From Antedon mediterranea (Eukaryota; Animalia; Echinodermata): 64,000 nucleotides of DNA. This document shows positions 1 to 12,481 of the stretch, piece by piece. The position numbers and the translations under genes are program-made. The notes beneath the pieces were generated by a model. That model was given only the letters and a program-made list of their open reading frames with translations. It had not been told where the DNA came from and ran no database searches. Every line of letters starts with the position of its first letter. Position 1 is the first letter of the stretch. Location of the stretch: contig NC_092671.1 of the NCBI RefSeq assembly GCF_964355755.1, positions 11,470,001 through 11,534,000 on the forward strand. Direction: 5' to 3'.

Positions 1-429
1 AAAATTAAAATAATGATAGTAATTTATAATTATTAAAACGCTTAATTGCACACTGTTAAATTTGCAAGTTAAAAAGGAATTAAATCTTCCAACCCTCTAT
101 TATTAGCATCTATTTTAAAACAATTTTATAATTTGGATTTAATTTAAGTTATTACATATTTTGAGGTGAAATTTCCATTTAAATAATAATCATGATAACA
201 AACTTTCTTGTGTTAGTATCGCATTAGTTGCAAACATTTCAGTTTTGATGACATCATCAAGTCCAAACACGGATCACTTAACTATACACTATTATATAAC
301 ACATAAATAAATTCATGTAAATTTACAGTATTGGACAATTGTGGGTCACATGATTTTAATAATTTCCATACAAAATAATGTACCATAATTGATTAATGTG
401 ACATTAACAATCAATTTTATTTATTTTAG

Positions 430-2492
430 ATAATGAATCTGATTTGAACGATACAGATGACAGTTCTGACTTCTCGATGAGATATAAAAATAAGAAATAT
501 GACAAAGAGCACTGGAAAGAATGTATGCCAAAACAAGTCAACACACTGCCCTTTGATATCAATGGCTTAGAAGTTTATCATCTTTCCTGCAGTAAACAAA
601 GTGAAATGATGAAAGTTTCAAAGGACGGAAGGCCATGGAACCGTTACTGCAAGACTTCACGAAAACACTTTAAGGGGGTACGACGTATTGCACACTGTAA
701 AGGATCGCCAATATGTAACAACCCGGAGTGCACATATCTGAAAATGTATGGGTGTCAAAACAGAAGCCAATTCGGTAAAGAGACGGGCATATTAGTGTGC
801 TACACATGTGGGAAGGCAGCAGATCATGTAAAATGTTATGCCACGAAGGTATGGGAATACAGTAACGACATGGTGGTTGTTATGCATACTGGCTTCCACA
901 CATGTGTAGCAAAAAAACCAAATGTTTCTGTGGCCGTCATTGAAAAGGATATAAAACAGCATCCTGGTCTCAAGCCAAGTGCCATCGTTTCGGCCAAAAT
1001 AAACGCAATCATGACCTCCAACAGCTTCAAGTGGAAAGATGTGGATGAGTTAGCTGAAAGATATAGTGAAATGAAAAGAGTCCACAATGCAAAGGAAAGG
1101 TTGAAGCAGGTGATGTTGCCACTTGGTGACAATTTTGAAGCTCTCGCGGATTTTAAACAGAAATGCGAGGAAAAGGATAAGTACCTAATATATCAGATAA
1201 ATAACAGGACCTTTAACAACAAACATAGTTATGTTTTCAAGTCCAGCAAACAAATGGCAGAACTGGCTCTATCAATGGACAGAGACCAAGATGGCATATT
1301 GTCAGGTGAATATGCCTATGTTGACGGCAAACATAACCACTGTAGAGGTTATGTTACGATCACATTATGGGTTTACCATCCAGTAATGAGACGAGTTGTT
1401 CGCCTTGCAGTGTGTGACACAGAGAAAGAGGACACCACTAACCTTGAAACATTTTGGAATGTTTTCAACGAGATGCTCTCTAACGCTGCTGGACGAACAG
1501 TAATTTTCAATCCCTGTGGTTTTGTTGCAGATGAAAATCATGCCAACTGGAAAAGTATCAAGAATGTGTTCGGCGATGATGGAGTTCGTAGAACTGTATC
1601 CTGCGAATTTCATTACAAGCAAAGTGTACAACGCCATTCAAAAAAAATTCCGCAAGATGATGCTGCACAATTCATTGAGATTGCAAATTCTATGCTCACT
1701 GCATATTCCCTTACTGAACTTAATGAAGCATGCAAAGAAATGACCAAGTTCACTGAGAAGCATCAAGTTCTTCAGAACTGGTATTCCTGGTGGTATGCTC
1801 GAAGAAGTCATATTTTTCGGGCTTACAAACCAAGTGATGCACCAGTTTCAAACTTGGCTGAGGTAGGGCATGCTAAAATGAGTGTGTCAAAGCAAAAAAT
1901 GTCCCTTTTAGAAGCAGCTAGGCAAGACGTAATCGATGCCATTAGACAACAAGCTGAGATTAACGGCTTCAAAGAAGGTCAACATAAGGGGGGCAGAGGA
2001 GAAAGAGCAAATAAGAAAAAAGCGTTGAAATACCGCAATGAAAAGAAGAGAGCTGCTCAATATGCAGAAGAGGTGGAGCATCTCTTCATTCCAGATCAAG
2101 GGTCTCATCGTCCGCCAGAACCAAAAAGGAGAAAATTAGCAAAAAGGGCACCAGTGAACAATGACGAGCATCCAGTATGTGTTTGTTTTTCAACGATGGT
2201 AATTAACCTTAAAACATGCTATGGGTGCAAAGAAAGATTTTCAGATCGCTACAGAAAAGAGCCAAATGATGTCATCTTAAAAGTCAACCTGAAAAGGAAA
2301 TATACAAAAGATGGCAAAGAACATGTAGCATCGAAGGTATCTGCAGCCTACTTTCACCTAAACATGAACTGCGTAAGGAAGGTTAAACCGTACGCAGAAA
2401 TCAACGAGATAGTCATTCACAATGAGGTAAAAGCACTCTTAAGAGCAGGACACAAACAGGTTTTAAAAATATTTGGAATGAAAGCAATATAG
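430..2492 (+). CDS. Terminal exon of a Mutator/MULE-type DDE transposase with N-terminal WRKY/GCM1-like Zn domain and C-terminal CxxC..H..C Zn finger (5' exons outside window)
   Basis: Uninterrupted ~687-codon frame after acceptor ttattttag (428-429). GCM-like DGRPW..CKGSPICNNPEC..CYTC..HTGFHTC; MULE core YVDGKH..FVADENHA..SCEFHYKQ (CxxH)..SNLAEVGH; C-terminal CYGC..YFHLNMNC. Confidence 0.75.
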
Positions 2493-5400
2493 ATTTGGAG
2501 GCTGCTATTTTTTAAATAATATTAAAATACAGTGTGATCACTACCCATGAATACTTATAACTTGACATTTTATTATAAATACATCATGTAAACTTTTGGA
2601 TCTCTGTGTTTTTGGGGGGTTGGCTGGGGAATGTGTTTATGTTGAACAAAGCTACAATATTTTAAAATATATCTGTTCTGTTAAGGGTATGTTCAGACTC
2701 ACAGTGTACGGTTTGTTATCTGACGCAAGACGTCAAGGTGTTCAGACACAACGATCAACATTCCAATGCTTGCATTTAAAACACTCTGATAATCAGATCT
2801 AAGCAGATTGAACTATGTATACATTCATGATGAAAAATGCATTACAGTTTACATTTTAAAGTTGTTTTTTGATATTTTTATTTATACAGTATAATGTTAC
2901 CTTCAAAATACTGATTTGTTCTTACCACTTGCAGAATTGCATTCTAATTCAAAATAATTTCAAACACAATTAGCACACGGCCAATTATCTGATTATTACA
3001 GTATTGTATTTAATTTATGAAAATATATCGCTGACGTGAACTTTACTTTAAAATTTAAAACCTGATAGTTTGACGGTCAGCGATCTCGATGTATGCCTGC
3101 TATTAACCGTGGTCGTGTCTTTTTATTGGTTAAGGTTAAAATCACTGATGCCTCACTGGATTAGCATTATTAAATCTACCCTCTTCTTCAAGGGTTATTA
3201 ACGCAACTGGTGCGGCGTAACAGCTCCCTAACGCTAATCCGTGGCCTAGTTCACACACAAAAATATGTACGCCGCTTACATAATGCCACCTTAACTGAAC
3301 ATATCCTAAAGCAAACATATTCCTTATTATCTTTAGTTACAGAATTATAACAAACAAGTTCTTATAAACAGTAACTTAGGTATCATTTCGTTCTATCTTG
3401 TAATACACAGTGCTTTGAAACATGAGGTTTAATTAATAACCATAAACTTAAATATTGTTTTTAATTCTGTACATTTTTTATTTTTAAGAAAGGTTTTAGA
3501 ATTCAATATTGTCTAGAAAACAATTCTTTTTTAAGGGATTTACAGTACAATTATTAAAATGACTGTAACTACAAAATTTGTAATATATCTACAGTATTAC
3601 AATTTTGGCCTCATTTGGAGGAGGCGGATATGGTGAGGGGTGTGAAGAAAGTTTGGTTCATGTTAAGCTTTGACTTTGTTCTACACTGCATTATAAAGTG
3701 ATTTTTTTTTGCTTTGCACCATAGGTCTAAATGTTTATAATAATAATAATAACAACTTTATTTTAAAACGGATGCAACACTTGGATCACCAGATTGGTGT
3801 TTTTCACAAGGCCGTTACTTACTACAAAACTATTTACACAAGTTATCATTTACAGTACATAATGATTTCATGAAAAACAGGGTTTCAAGTATATCTTACC
3901 TTCATTTATTATTTTTTTAAATATATGTATATTAGGAGCTGTAATTGCATTTGAGTTTATAGCATTTAAACTATTCCATAACTTTGCTATTGATCTAGTA
4001 TTATATGTTTGTTTGCGTTCATAGAATCTGTTTCTTAAGTAGGATGGTGTTTATTTATTTATTATGTTTAAGAGCTATAATGTTTTTTTTACCATTTTCA
4101 GGTAAATTATGTATGTTTTTATGAAACGCTGTGAAAAGGGTTTAGAATTTAATATTGTCTAAAAAAACAAAAACATTTTTTTTAAATCTTTTATTTACCA
4201 TTTAAGTATGTCAGGGATCTACAGATATAAATTTAAATGTTGATCTTAAAATGTGACTTAAGATTGTAAAATTGTCCTTGACAGGAATGGGGAAGGTGGG
4301 AGATATTATGTTATTTTATAATGTTATTTTTTCTTTCAGCATGCTTTAGTATCTAGTATTTTATGAATTTAGTATTTTATGAAGCTATGCATTGACTGTG
4401 TACATGATCACTGTACTATCAGAATTATCTTGTTGTATGGCTGAGGTTGTAAAAATTACTGTAACTACTGCAACGCCTACACCTCCACCAGATTGTGCAT
4501 ACAGTCTATGCCCCATGCCGGGATAAGGAATAAGAAAGGTTGTTTAGTTCATGCTAGCTTTTCTTTTCTTGTGTTCTACAATGCAGTGCAGTGACAATGT
4601 TCAAGTATTTGTATGTGGTCAACTATTTAGTCATGATCGTTATGTTTAAAAGTTAGGTTTTACTTAACCCTTTGAAGACACAAATGACTGAGGCTAAATG
4701 AAGTATTTTTAATAGGTTTAACTTTCTTTTTCTTTTTGGTATGTGATACGTACTATACTACAGTACAGTACTATGTTTTTACCAATTTGGTATGGATGAC
4801 GTGGGTTGAAATTAACATGAAGGGGTCACTTTAAGGGGGCCTGGCCTGACATGACATTTCCGACCTGATATTTTATCAGTTTTTGTTTTTTTGTTATGTC
4901 CTCACACACTTATGTTTGTACAAATTTTGGTTCATGGAAGAGATGTAGGGAAATAAACCATTTTTGGAGGTTTTCAAAGAGGTCTGGAGACCAGACCCGA
5001 CCCCCGGGGTCAGGCTGGCAAACTTTTTTTTAAAATGTTTTTGGTATAGTATTAACATTAAGGGGTCAAACCTTCTGGGTTGTATGGGGTTAAATCATAT
5101 GTTACGGGCTCTTGGCCTATACTCATCTCGTGGAGTTTTTGCCTGAGAAACAGTGTTTCTTCACCAAGTGAATCTAATCTAGGCCTACCTCCAATGCTTA
5201 GCCTAGAACTGTAGTAAGCACTGACTTAACTAAAACATAAACAAGTTGAGCATTCAGAAACAAATAATGCTAAAGTGAATAATAAAAAAATATTGTAAGC
5301 AGTGTTAAGAAAATAATTAAATTTCTTGCCATTGTCATATATGCCACAATAGGTTAATTTTGGTGATCATCCTACACTATGTACAGAGTCTACACACCTG

Positions 5401-5536
5401 GGTGGGTTGTATCATGTCGCACTGGTCGCAGATCAAATATAATGATTAATTATTTCATATCACATGCTCAAGCAATTTGTTTCTAACATCCACAATACAA
5501 CCCACTCTATTTTGTTTAGGTAGGACTGGTGTATTT

Positions 5537-6078
5537 GACCCGCAACTCGCGTTTTTCGACCCGCAACTCGCGTTTTTCGACCCGCAACTCGCGTTTTTCG
5601 ACCCGCAACTCGCGTTTTTCGACCCGCAACTCGCGTTTTCCGACCCGCAACTCGCGTTTTCCGACCCGCAACTCGCGTTTTCCGACTCGCAACTCGCGTT
5701 TTCCGACTCGCAACTCGCGTTTTTCGACTCGCAACTCGCGCTTTCCGACTCGCAACTCGCACTTTCCGACTCGCAACTCGCACTTTCCGACTCGCAACTC
5801 GCACTTTCCGACTCGCAACTCGCACTTTCCGACTCGCAACTCGCACTTTCCGACTCGCAACTCGCACTTTCCGACTCGCAACTCGCACTTTCCGACTCGC
5901 AACTCGCACTTTCCGACTCGCAACTCGCACTTTCCGACTCGCAACTCGCACTTTCCGACTCGCAACTCGCACTTTCCGACTCGCAACTCGCACTTTCCGA
6001 CTCGCAACTCGCACTTTCCGACTCGCAACTCGCACTTTCCGACTCGCAACTCGCACTTTCCGACTCGCAACTCGCAAC
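5537..6078. repeat. 21-bp minisatellite, ~26 copies
   Basis: Unit GACCCGCAACTCGCGTTTTTC grading into GACTCGCAACTCGCACTTTCC; explains the five overlapping repetitive ORFs. Confidence 0.97.
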
Positions 6079-6855
6079 TTGCATTGAAGTAACACTCAAC
6101 ATAAACTTGTTGGAATTTCTTTGTTTTTCAGTATGTGACAGTACCAAAAGAAGGTTCCAATGGTACGGCACTATCAACACTCAACAAATCAAGTGCATCC
6201 ACTGAAATACAAGTTGAACCAACATCCTACTTTTAACAAATGCCAATAAATCTTAATTCCAGAAATTTAGTAACATGATTTATTTTTGTGTTTTTTTTCT
6301 GTCACACTGAAAAATATTTAAATTGTAGCTGCTGATTTTATAACAATTTCTAGTATTAAACTATACTGTATATTAAACCCCGTAAACACAAAAACTAAGT
6401 AAATTTTAATTTTTGGTCTTCTTGTAAAGAATTCTAAACTTTGTCATATTATATTAATAATGAATTTATATCATCTTTTTTACAGCTTATTTCTTTAAAA
6501 TTTAAGATTTTAATCACTTTGTTCTTTTTTATCTTTTGATCATTTTTGATTTCAAGAAATATGAAAGCAATAAATTTGTATTTGTAAAGATAGGCAATAT
6601 CATATTTAAATAAATTTATAAACAAATATATGTATGAAAATAAAGTAATAATAAATTATTTTGAATCTTATGAGAAGTAATTGCTTTTATTGTTGTTATT
6701 TGATGTTGTTGACTGCGGAGATGTTTGAGAATTAGAATCTCAAAAAAGATAACTAACAGACAATGGTATAGTTTTATTTAATTAACTTACGAAGATGAAG
6801 AAGAATTTTTACAAATGATAAACAACGTATTTTGATAAACGAGTGATGAATAAAG

Positions 6856-7471
6856 GGATCAACCTGAGTTTTCGGCATGTATTGAATATAGGACTATTCC
6901 ATTATTATTTATAGGGGTGTTAGTCAATATGTTGGGTTGGGTGTGCCAGGCTTGTTGAGGCTTCTATTGTTCGTGTCATTGTGCCAATTGTTTTGTATTT
7001 CACTGTGTTTGATAAAAACAAACAAAAAACTGCTGCTGTAGTTAGCCTATGTGTCTGTAAATTATATCGTATTTTACACTATATTTATATAGCCTGTAGG
7101 CCCTAACATGTTTTTCTACCGTCAACAGTAAAATCATATCATGTTTTATTTTACATTTCATGTAATATTATTATTATTTTTTTTTCTCAACAGCCGAATC
7201 AAGTTATATAGCCTCTTACAAATAACAAGAAAAAATACATTCAAACGTTATTCACAATAAGGAGAAAACATATACAACTTATTTAATTTATGTTTTAATT
7301 TATATAATCCAAAGGCAAATTAATGAAACAATGACAATGATGTGGGTATCAGTGTCTGGATCTCAATAGAGATACAAAAAAAAAGCGAAAAGCTAAATCA
7401 AAACGATAAAGTAAACAGCCAGAAAAACAATTTATATAAATACATCCATGTTTGTTTTTTTCTCAACAGTT
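6856..7471 (+). repeat. Left long terminal inverted repeat of the Merlin element
   Basis: Reverse complement of ~9314-9741 and ~12054-12481, with indels. Confidence 0.9.
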
Positions 7472-7759
7472 TATGACTTTAAAAAATTCAGTACACTTAA
7501 AGGCATAAGATTAAGCAAAACATACATTGTGTAACATATTTAATTTAAGGTATATATGTTTTATTTCATCGACCCAGTTTTAAGTGTTATTTAGTAGTGT
7601 CATGTTTGGTTCAACTCAATGAGTTAGCAATGTTCGTGAGGTTCTCTCTCCAGCTGATCCTGACACAAAAACTAAAATAGTCAGAAATAAAATTGCAGAA
7701 CTTTCTCTCATGCAACACACACTAACCCTTCCCCAGTACAGGATATATAGGGCCTAGTA

Positions 7760-8260
7760 CACTGTTAAAAAAATTCTTATAAAAAAACGGTAAATTACTG
7801 GCAATCTGGACGCCAGTAATTTACCGTAATGTAGAATTACAGGTACTGTTGAAAATAAATTACTGTAAAACTACAGTAAATTACTGTTGGTCATAAAGTC
7901 GGTTGCCTACCGTAATGTAAAATCACAGGTACTGTTGAAAATAAATTACTGTAAAACTACAAATTACTGTTAACTTGAAAGTCAGATGTCAACTATAACG
8001 TAAAATCACAGGTACCGTTTCTAATAAATTACTACAGTATATTACTGTTTATCTGAAAGTCTGTTTGTCAACAATAACGTAAAATCACAGGTACCATAAA
8101 ACTACAGTAAAATTACTGTCGATTTCAAAGGAAGTGGTCTACCATAATTTAGAATAATGTTTATAAATAACTGTAAAACTACATTAAAATTACTGTCGAT
8201 TTCAATGGGCAATGGTAATGTAAAATCACAGGTGCCGTTATTAATAAATTACTGTAAAAG
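7760..8260 (+). mobile_element. Truncated CACTA/CMC-like element end with ~60-bp subterminal repeats, nested in the Merlin
   Basis: Starts CACTGTTAAAAAAA; repeated GTAAAATCACAGGTAC..ATAAATTACTGTAAAACTAC units; no matching right end seen. Confidence 0.5.
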
Positions 8261-8756
8261 ATTTAGTGAATTCAAACCAAACAAAATATTACAAAAATAT
8301 AAATACCATACAGACAAAATAAATACATGCCAATCTTATTTCAATAACTGATAACAATAACAAACTCCATTATAACATTTCTTTTTCTACTTGTCTAAAC
8401 ATCTTGTTTCTGTCATGTTCTTATGTTCTCTACAATGTTCATTGTATCTGAACTTGATCTGGGATTCTCTGTAAACGTTTCTTTTTTTTAAATAAACAAT
8501 AACATTTTTATAAATCTATGCCTATATTACATAGATGTTTTCAATCTTCAAAGAACGTCTTCTATTAAAATCTGTTTATCACCTATATTTAGATTGATTT
8601 CAATATAAAATATTTAAGTAATTGATATTTACAATCGATCGAAAATCTTTAAAAAACCAATCTATTAAAATTAGACCTACAGTACCATCTATGCTTGATC
8701 ATTAAATAATTAATATGGACGTTACAATCATCAAAATATGCCTTATATTAAAATGA

Positions 8757-8986
8757 CCATCAAATAAATGGAAGGTTTATTCCAGAGTACAGGACCTGGA
8801 TGTGGTAGATGGAACAGTAAACCACAGTAAGAATGTTGTTGATCCAATAACAGGATTCCACACTCAAAACATAGAATCCTACTGGAATCGTGAAAAATTA
8901 AAGTTAAAAAGAATGGGTGTAAACGGGAATGGTTACCGGAATACCTTGACGAATTTATGTGGCGAGAAAGATATGGCATAATATAA
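8757..8986 (+). pseudogene. Merlin/ISXO2-like transposase C-terminal remnant
   Basis: Translates SNKWKVY..TVNHSKNVVDPITGFHTQNIESYW..K..G, frameshift, then LPEYLDEFMWRERYG: the diagnostic Merlin VNHS/VDP.TG.HTQ.IE..W/YLDEFMWR motifs. Confidence 0.9.
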
Positions 8987-9112
8987 ATTAAACAGATTAA
9001 GTAAGTTAAAATAGATGTTCCTTGTGCCTTATTAAATAATGTTAAAGTTCTTGTGCCTTATATTTGAATAAAGTTTGAAGAATGTATCTTTCGATCTGCT
9101 TTTGTTTTTTTG

Positions 9113-9741
9113 CTTCTGTAATTGTTTTATTATTTTTGATTTGATATCTGCTTTTTACATTTATTTTTGTTGGTGTTTTCTTTTGAGCACGTTTTTGTTA
9201 CTGAAAAACAACTTTTAGTTGAGTTAAGTATCCGTGATTAAATAAAGCTTATTATTATTATTATTATTATTATTCTATCGATTTTTTTCTTGTTGTTTGT
9301 AGAGGCTATTTGCAACTGTTGAGAAAAAAACAAACATGGATGTATTTATATAAATTAAAACATAAATTGGATATTTTATATAAATTAAAACATAAATTAA
9401 ATAAGATTAAAATATATATGAATCTTTTTCTTGATCTTTTCTTGTTATTTGTAGAGGCTACTTGATTTAACTGTTGAGTAAAAAAACATGTTAGGGCCTA
9501 TAGGCTACTGTATATAGTGTAAAATACGATATAATTTACAGACACATAATAAAAGCTATAGGCTAACTACAGCAGCAGTTTTTTGTTTGTTTTTATCAAA
9601 CACAGTGAAATACAAAACAATTGGCACAATGACACGAACAATAGAAGCCTCACAACCCAACCCAACATATTGACTAACACCCCTATAAATAATAATGGAA
9701 TAGTCCTATATTCAATACATGCCGAAAACTCAGGTTGATCC
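9113..9741 (+). repeat. Merlin right end, copy 1 (629 bp)
   Basis: Direct repeat of 11853-12481 (offset 2740), apparently identical by eye. Confidence 0.95.
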
Positions 9742-10326
9742 CAATTCATTGCATAGTATTTTGAAAAGTGCATATTTTGGTCGTTTTTAAAAAATGACCA
9801 AATTTTGACCTCTTTATTTGACATAAATGGTTACTATACGTCTAAAAGATAATAATTAATAACCCAATATACGCGCATATATAGAAATTTTATTGCATAA
9901 TAACAGTATTTTTGAAAATGTGCAGAACACAAACATTTGATTCTGCGCATGCAAATTATATGATATAGTAAACAGTTATATCGACATTTAGCCATTTTTT
10001 CTAAATTTTTCAGAATAAATGGCCTAAAATGTATTGATTTAAAATGCGCAGACCATTAGCCTATGTCAAAAAATAAAATTTGGCCATTTTTCGAAAATGT
10101 CCTGTACTATATATAGTACGATAACATTGCTGAAAGCTCTAGTTAGAAAATGTGATCGGCAAGGAACTATAACGAACATAATGCTTAATAACATCTTTGA
10201 TAAAAGGAGACTTTAACGAAATTTGTGACAAAATATTACCCCTAATTATGGTTTATAAAAGGATCTAAATTTATTTGAAATAGTAAAAATACACAATATA
10301 TGTTTAGGTGAACAAATATCATGAAT

Positions 10327-11298
10327 TTACAAAGCAGTTGTATTGGCATAACTGTTAGGCCTACTAATACTTGCAACAACACTAGGCCTATAAAATTTGG
10401 AGAAACATGGTTCCAATAAACGTTTATATCCGCTGCGGAATTCCGGAATGCGCCACCAATAAACGAACGGATTCAACGCCGAATTCAACGGCAGTAACAC
10501 ATGACTAATATCGTAAACCACAGCTTGAAATGTATTTTTTAAACTAGTACCAGTAGTGGTATGAATAACGTACATCATGAATAACTGGTTTGGTAATAAG
10601 CAACAGCAAAGCAGGCCGAATAAAATAGCAAATGTAACGAACAACGATTTTAATCGTGCATGGCGAGCATTCACAGACGCACATCCTCTTTCAAATGTAT
10701 CACTTTGGCGTTTTACGAATCCAAAGATAATCGCATACATCAGTCCAACAACGCAGGTCATTGAAAGGTATATAAAATACACAGGTTGCATATATTTTCT
10801 ATCTTCTACTGCGAAAATCAGCAACATACTCATCCCACTGATAAATATAAGTGAAAAGATCCAAAGACAAATGCATGCGATTGTTAACTTGCATTTAGTA
10901 ACGACATACCGATAACGGAAAGGTGCAACAACCACGGCTAAGAATCGTTCAAAACTAACGGCAAACACCCAAAGTAAAGAAAACATAGCGTTGGTTGTGG
11001 CATCAAGACTTGTCAGGGAATCCGAACCATTGTGTGTAGTTGACATCAGTGTCGCAAATACACCGACGAGGAAGTCTGCAACTGCAAGATTTGCAATCAG
11101 AACATTCTGACGTTTTCTGAGTTGTCGGATGCAACATAACATAAAAAATGTAATCATATTTGTAATGATTGCAACAATGCCAATTATAATTGTTAATATC
11201 CTACAAACCTCAGTCACTGGGCTCATATTGAAAATAAATAAGTATTTGACATCAGAAAAAAATATTGGTTCATCGGTTGCATTCGAAGAGGAAGACAT
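10327..11298 (-). CDS. Intronless rhodopsin-family (class A) GPCR, 323 aa
   Basis: Seven hydrophobic segments; TM2 IANLAVADFL, TM3 SFERFLAV (E/DRY), TM6 CCLLP, TM7 NSALNPFVY (NPxxY), N-terminal NAT glycosylation site. Confidence 0.93.
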   Translation of the reverse strand: MSSSSNATDEPIFFSDVKYLFIFNMSPVTEVCRILTIIIGIVAIITNMITFFMLCCIRQLRKRQNVLIANLAVADFLVGVFATLMSTTHNGSDSLTSLDATTNAMFSLLWVFAVSFERFLAVVVAPFRYRYVVTKCKLTIACICLWIFSLIFISGMSMLLIFAVEDRKYMQPVYFIYLSMTCVVGLMYAIIFGFVKRQSDTFERGCASVNARHARLKSLFVTFAILFGLLCCCLLPNQLFMMYVIHTTTGTSLKNTFQAVVYDISHVLLPLNSALNPFVYWWRIPEFRSGYKRLLEPCFSKFYRPSVVASISRPNSYANTTAL

Positions 11299-11852
11299 GG
11301 CCTAATATAGCCACATAAACTTTAGCGAGTCAAATTCACTTATCGATCCTTAGAAACTTATCTCCACCACTTAGATGCGTTCATTCATACTAACCAATGT
11401 AAACGGACGCTTACGGATGTTTCAGGTAAAAAACGTCAATTTCATGAGCAAAGCTGCATGCAGCGAATCCACTTTGTTAAGGAAGAGAATTGCATCAAAT
11501 CCACTTTGTTACTGAAGTATTCCATTGTTTTGTCTATATATACAGTATAACTGTAACATAAAACCTAGCTACCCTCATAAATGTGCATTTTCATAATATC
11601 AAATTAACTGTATTTGTTTAACTTAAGGTCGGAACACAAAGCTATAACATTTTATGGCTACGTTCCATGATTCAACAGGAAAATCTAGGACAAATTTAAA
11701 TTTGTCCTAGATTTTAAAATGTTTTAGATTCCAGACATTTGTGACTTTTTCATTGGGTGTGATAACAATGTATGATTTCAACATAATAAATTAGTAATTT
11801 TAACAGCCGGAATGTATGATAGATAGTTGAAAAACAATTAGGAACATTGATT

Positions 11853-12481
11853 CTTCTGTAATTGTTTTATTATTTTTGATTTGATATCTGCTTTTTACAT
11901 TTATTTTTGTTGGTGTTTTCTTTTGAGCACGTTTTTGTTACTGAAAAACAACTTTTAGTTGAGTTAAGTATCCGTGATTAAATAAAGCTTATTATTATTA
12001 TTATTATTATTATTCTATCGATTTTTTTCTTGTTGTTTGTAGAGGCTATTTGCAACTGTTGAGAAAAAAACAAACATGGATGTATTTATATAAATTAAAA
12101 CATAAATTGGATATTTTATATAAATTAAAACATAAATTAAATAAGATTAAAATATATATGAATCTTTTTCTTGATCTTTTCTTGTTATTTGTAGAGGCTA
12201 CTTGATTTAACTGTTGAGTAAAAAAACATGTTAGGGCCTATAGGCTACTGTATATAGTGTAAAATACGATATAATTTACAGACACATAATAAAAGCTATA
12301 GGCTAACTACAGCAGCAGTTTTTTGTTTGTTTTTATCAAACACAGTGAAATACAAAACAATTGGCACAATGACACGAACAATAGAAGCCTCACAACCCAA
12401 CCCAACATATTGACTAACACCCCTATAAATAATAATGGAATAGTCCTATATTCAATACATGCCGAAAACTCAGGTTGATCC
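11853..12481 (+). repeat. Merlin right end, copy 2 (629 bp), followed by the TSD
   Basis: Copy of 9113-9741; followed by GAATAAAG. Confidence 0.95.

Larger units (their letters stand above)
6856..12481. mobile_element. Composite Merlin (IS1595/ISXO2-like) DNA transposon carrying a GPCR gene
   Basis: Ends GGATCAACCTGAG (6856) / CTCAGGTTGATCC (12481); 8-bp TSD GAATAAAG at 6848-6855 and 12482-12489; internal second right end at 9741. Confidence 0.8.

Noticed and set aside
5455-6205. Five overlapping ORFs with heptad repeats (SCESESA, DSQLALS etc.)
   Set aside because: By-product of a stop-free 21-bp tandem repeat; no unique spacers, so not CRISPR-like either
8743-8979. 78-aa minus-strand ORF
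   Set aside because: The real signal is the plus-strand Merlin transposase remnant
10577-10915. 112-aa plus-strand ORF
   Set aside because: Antisense shadow of the GPCR
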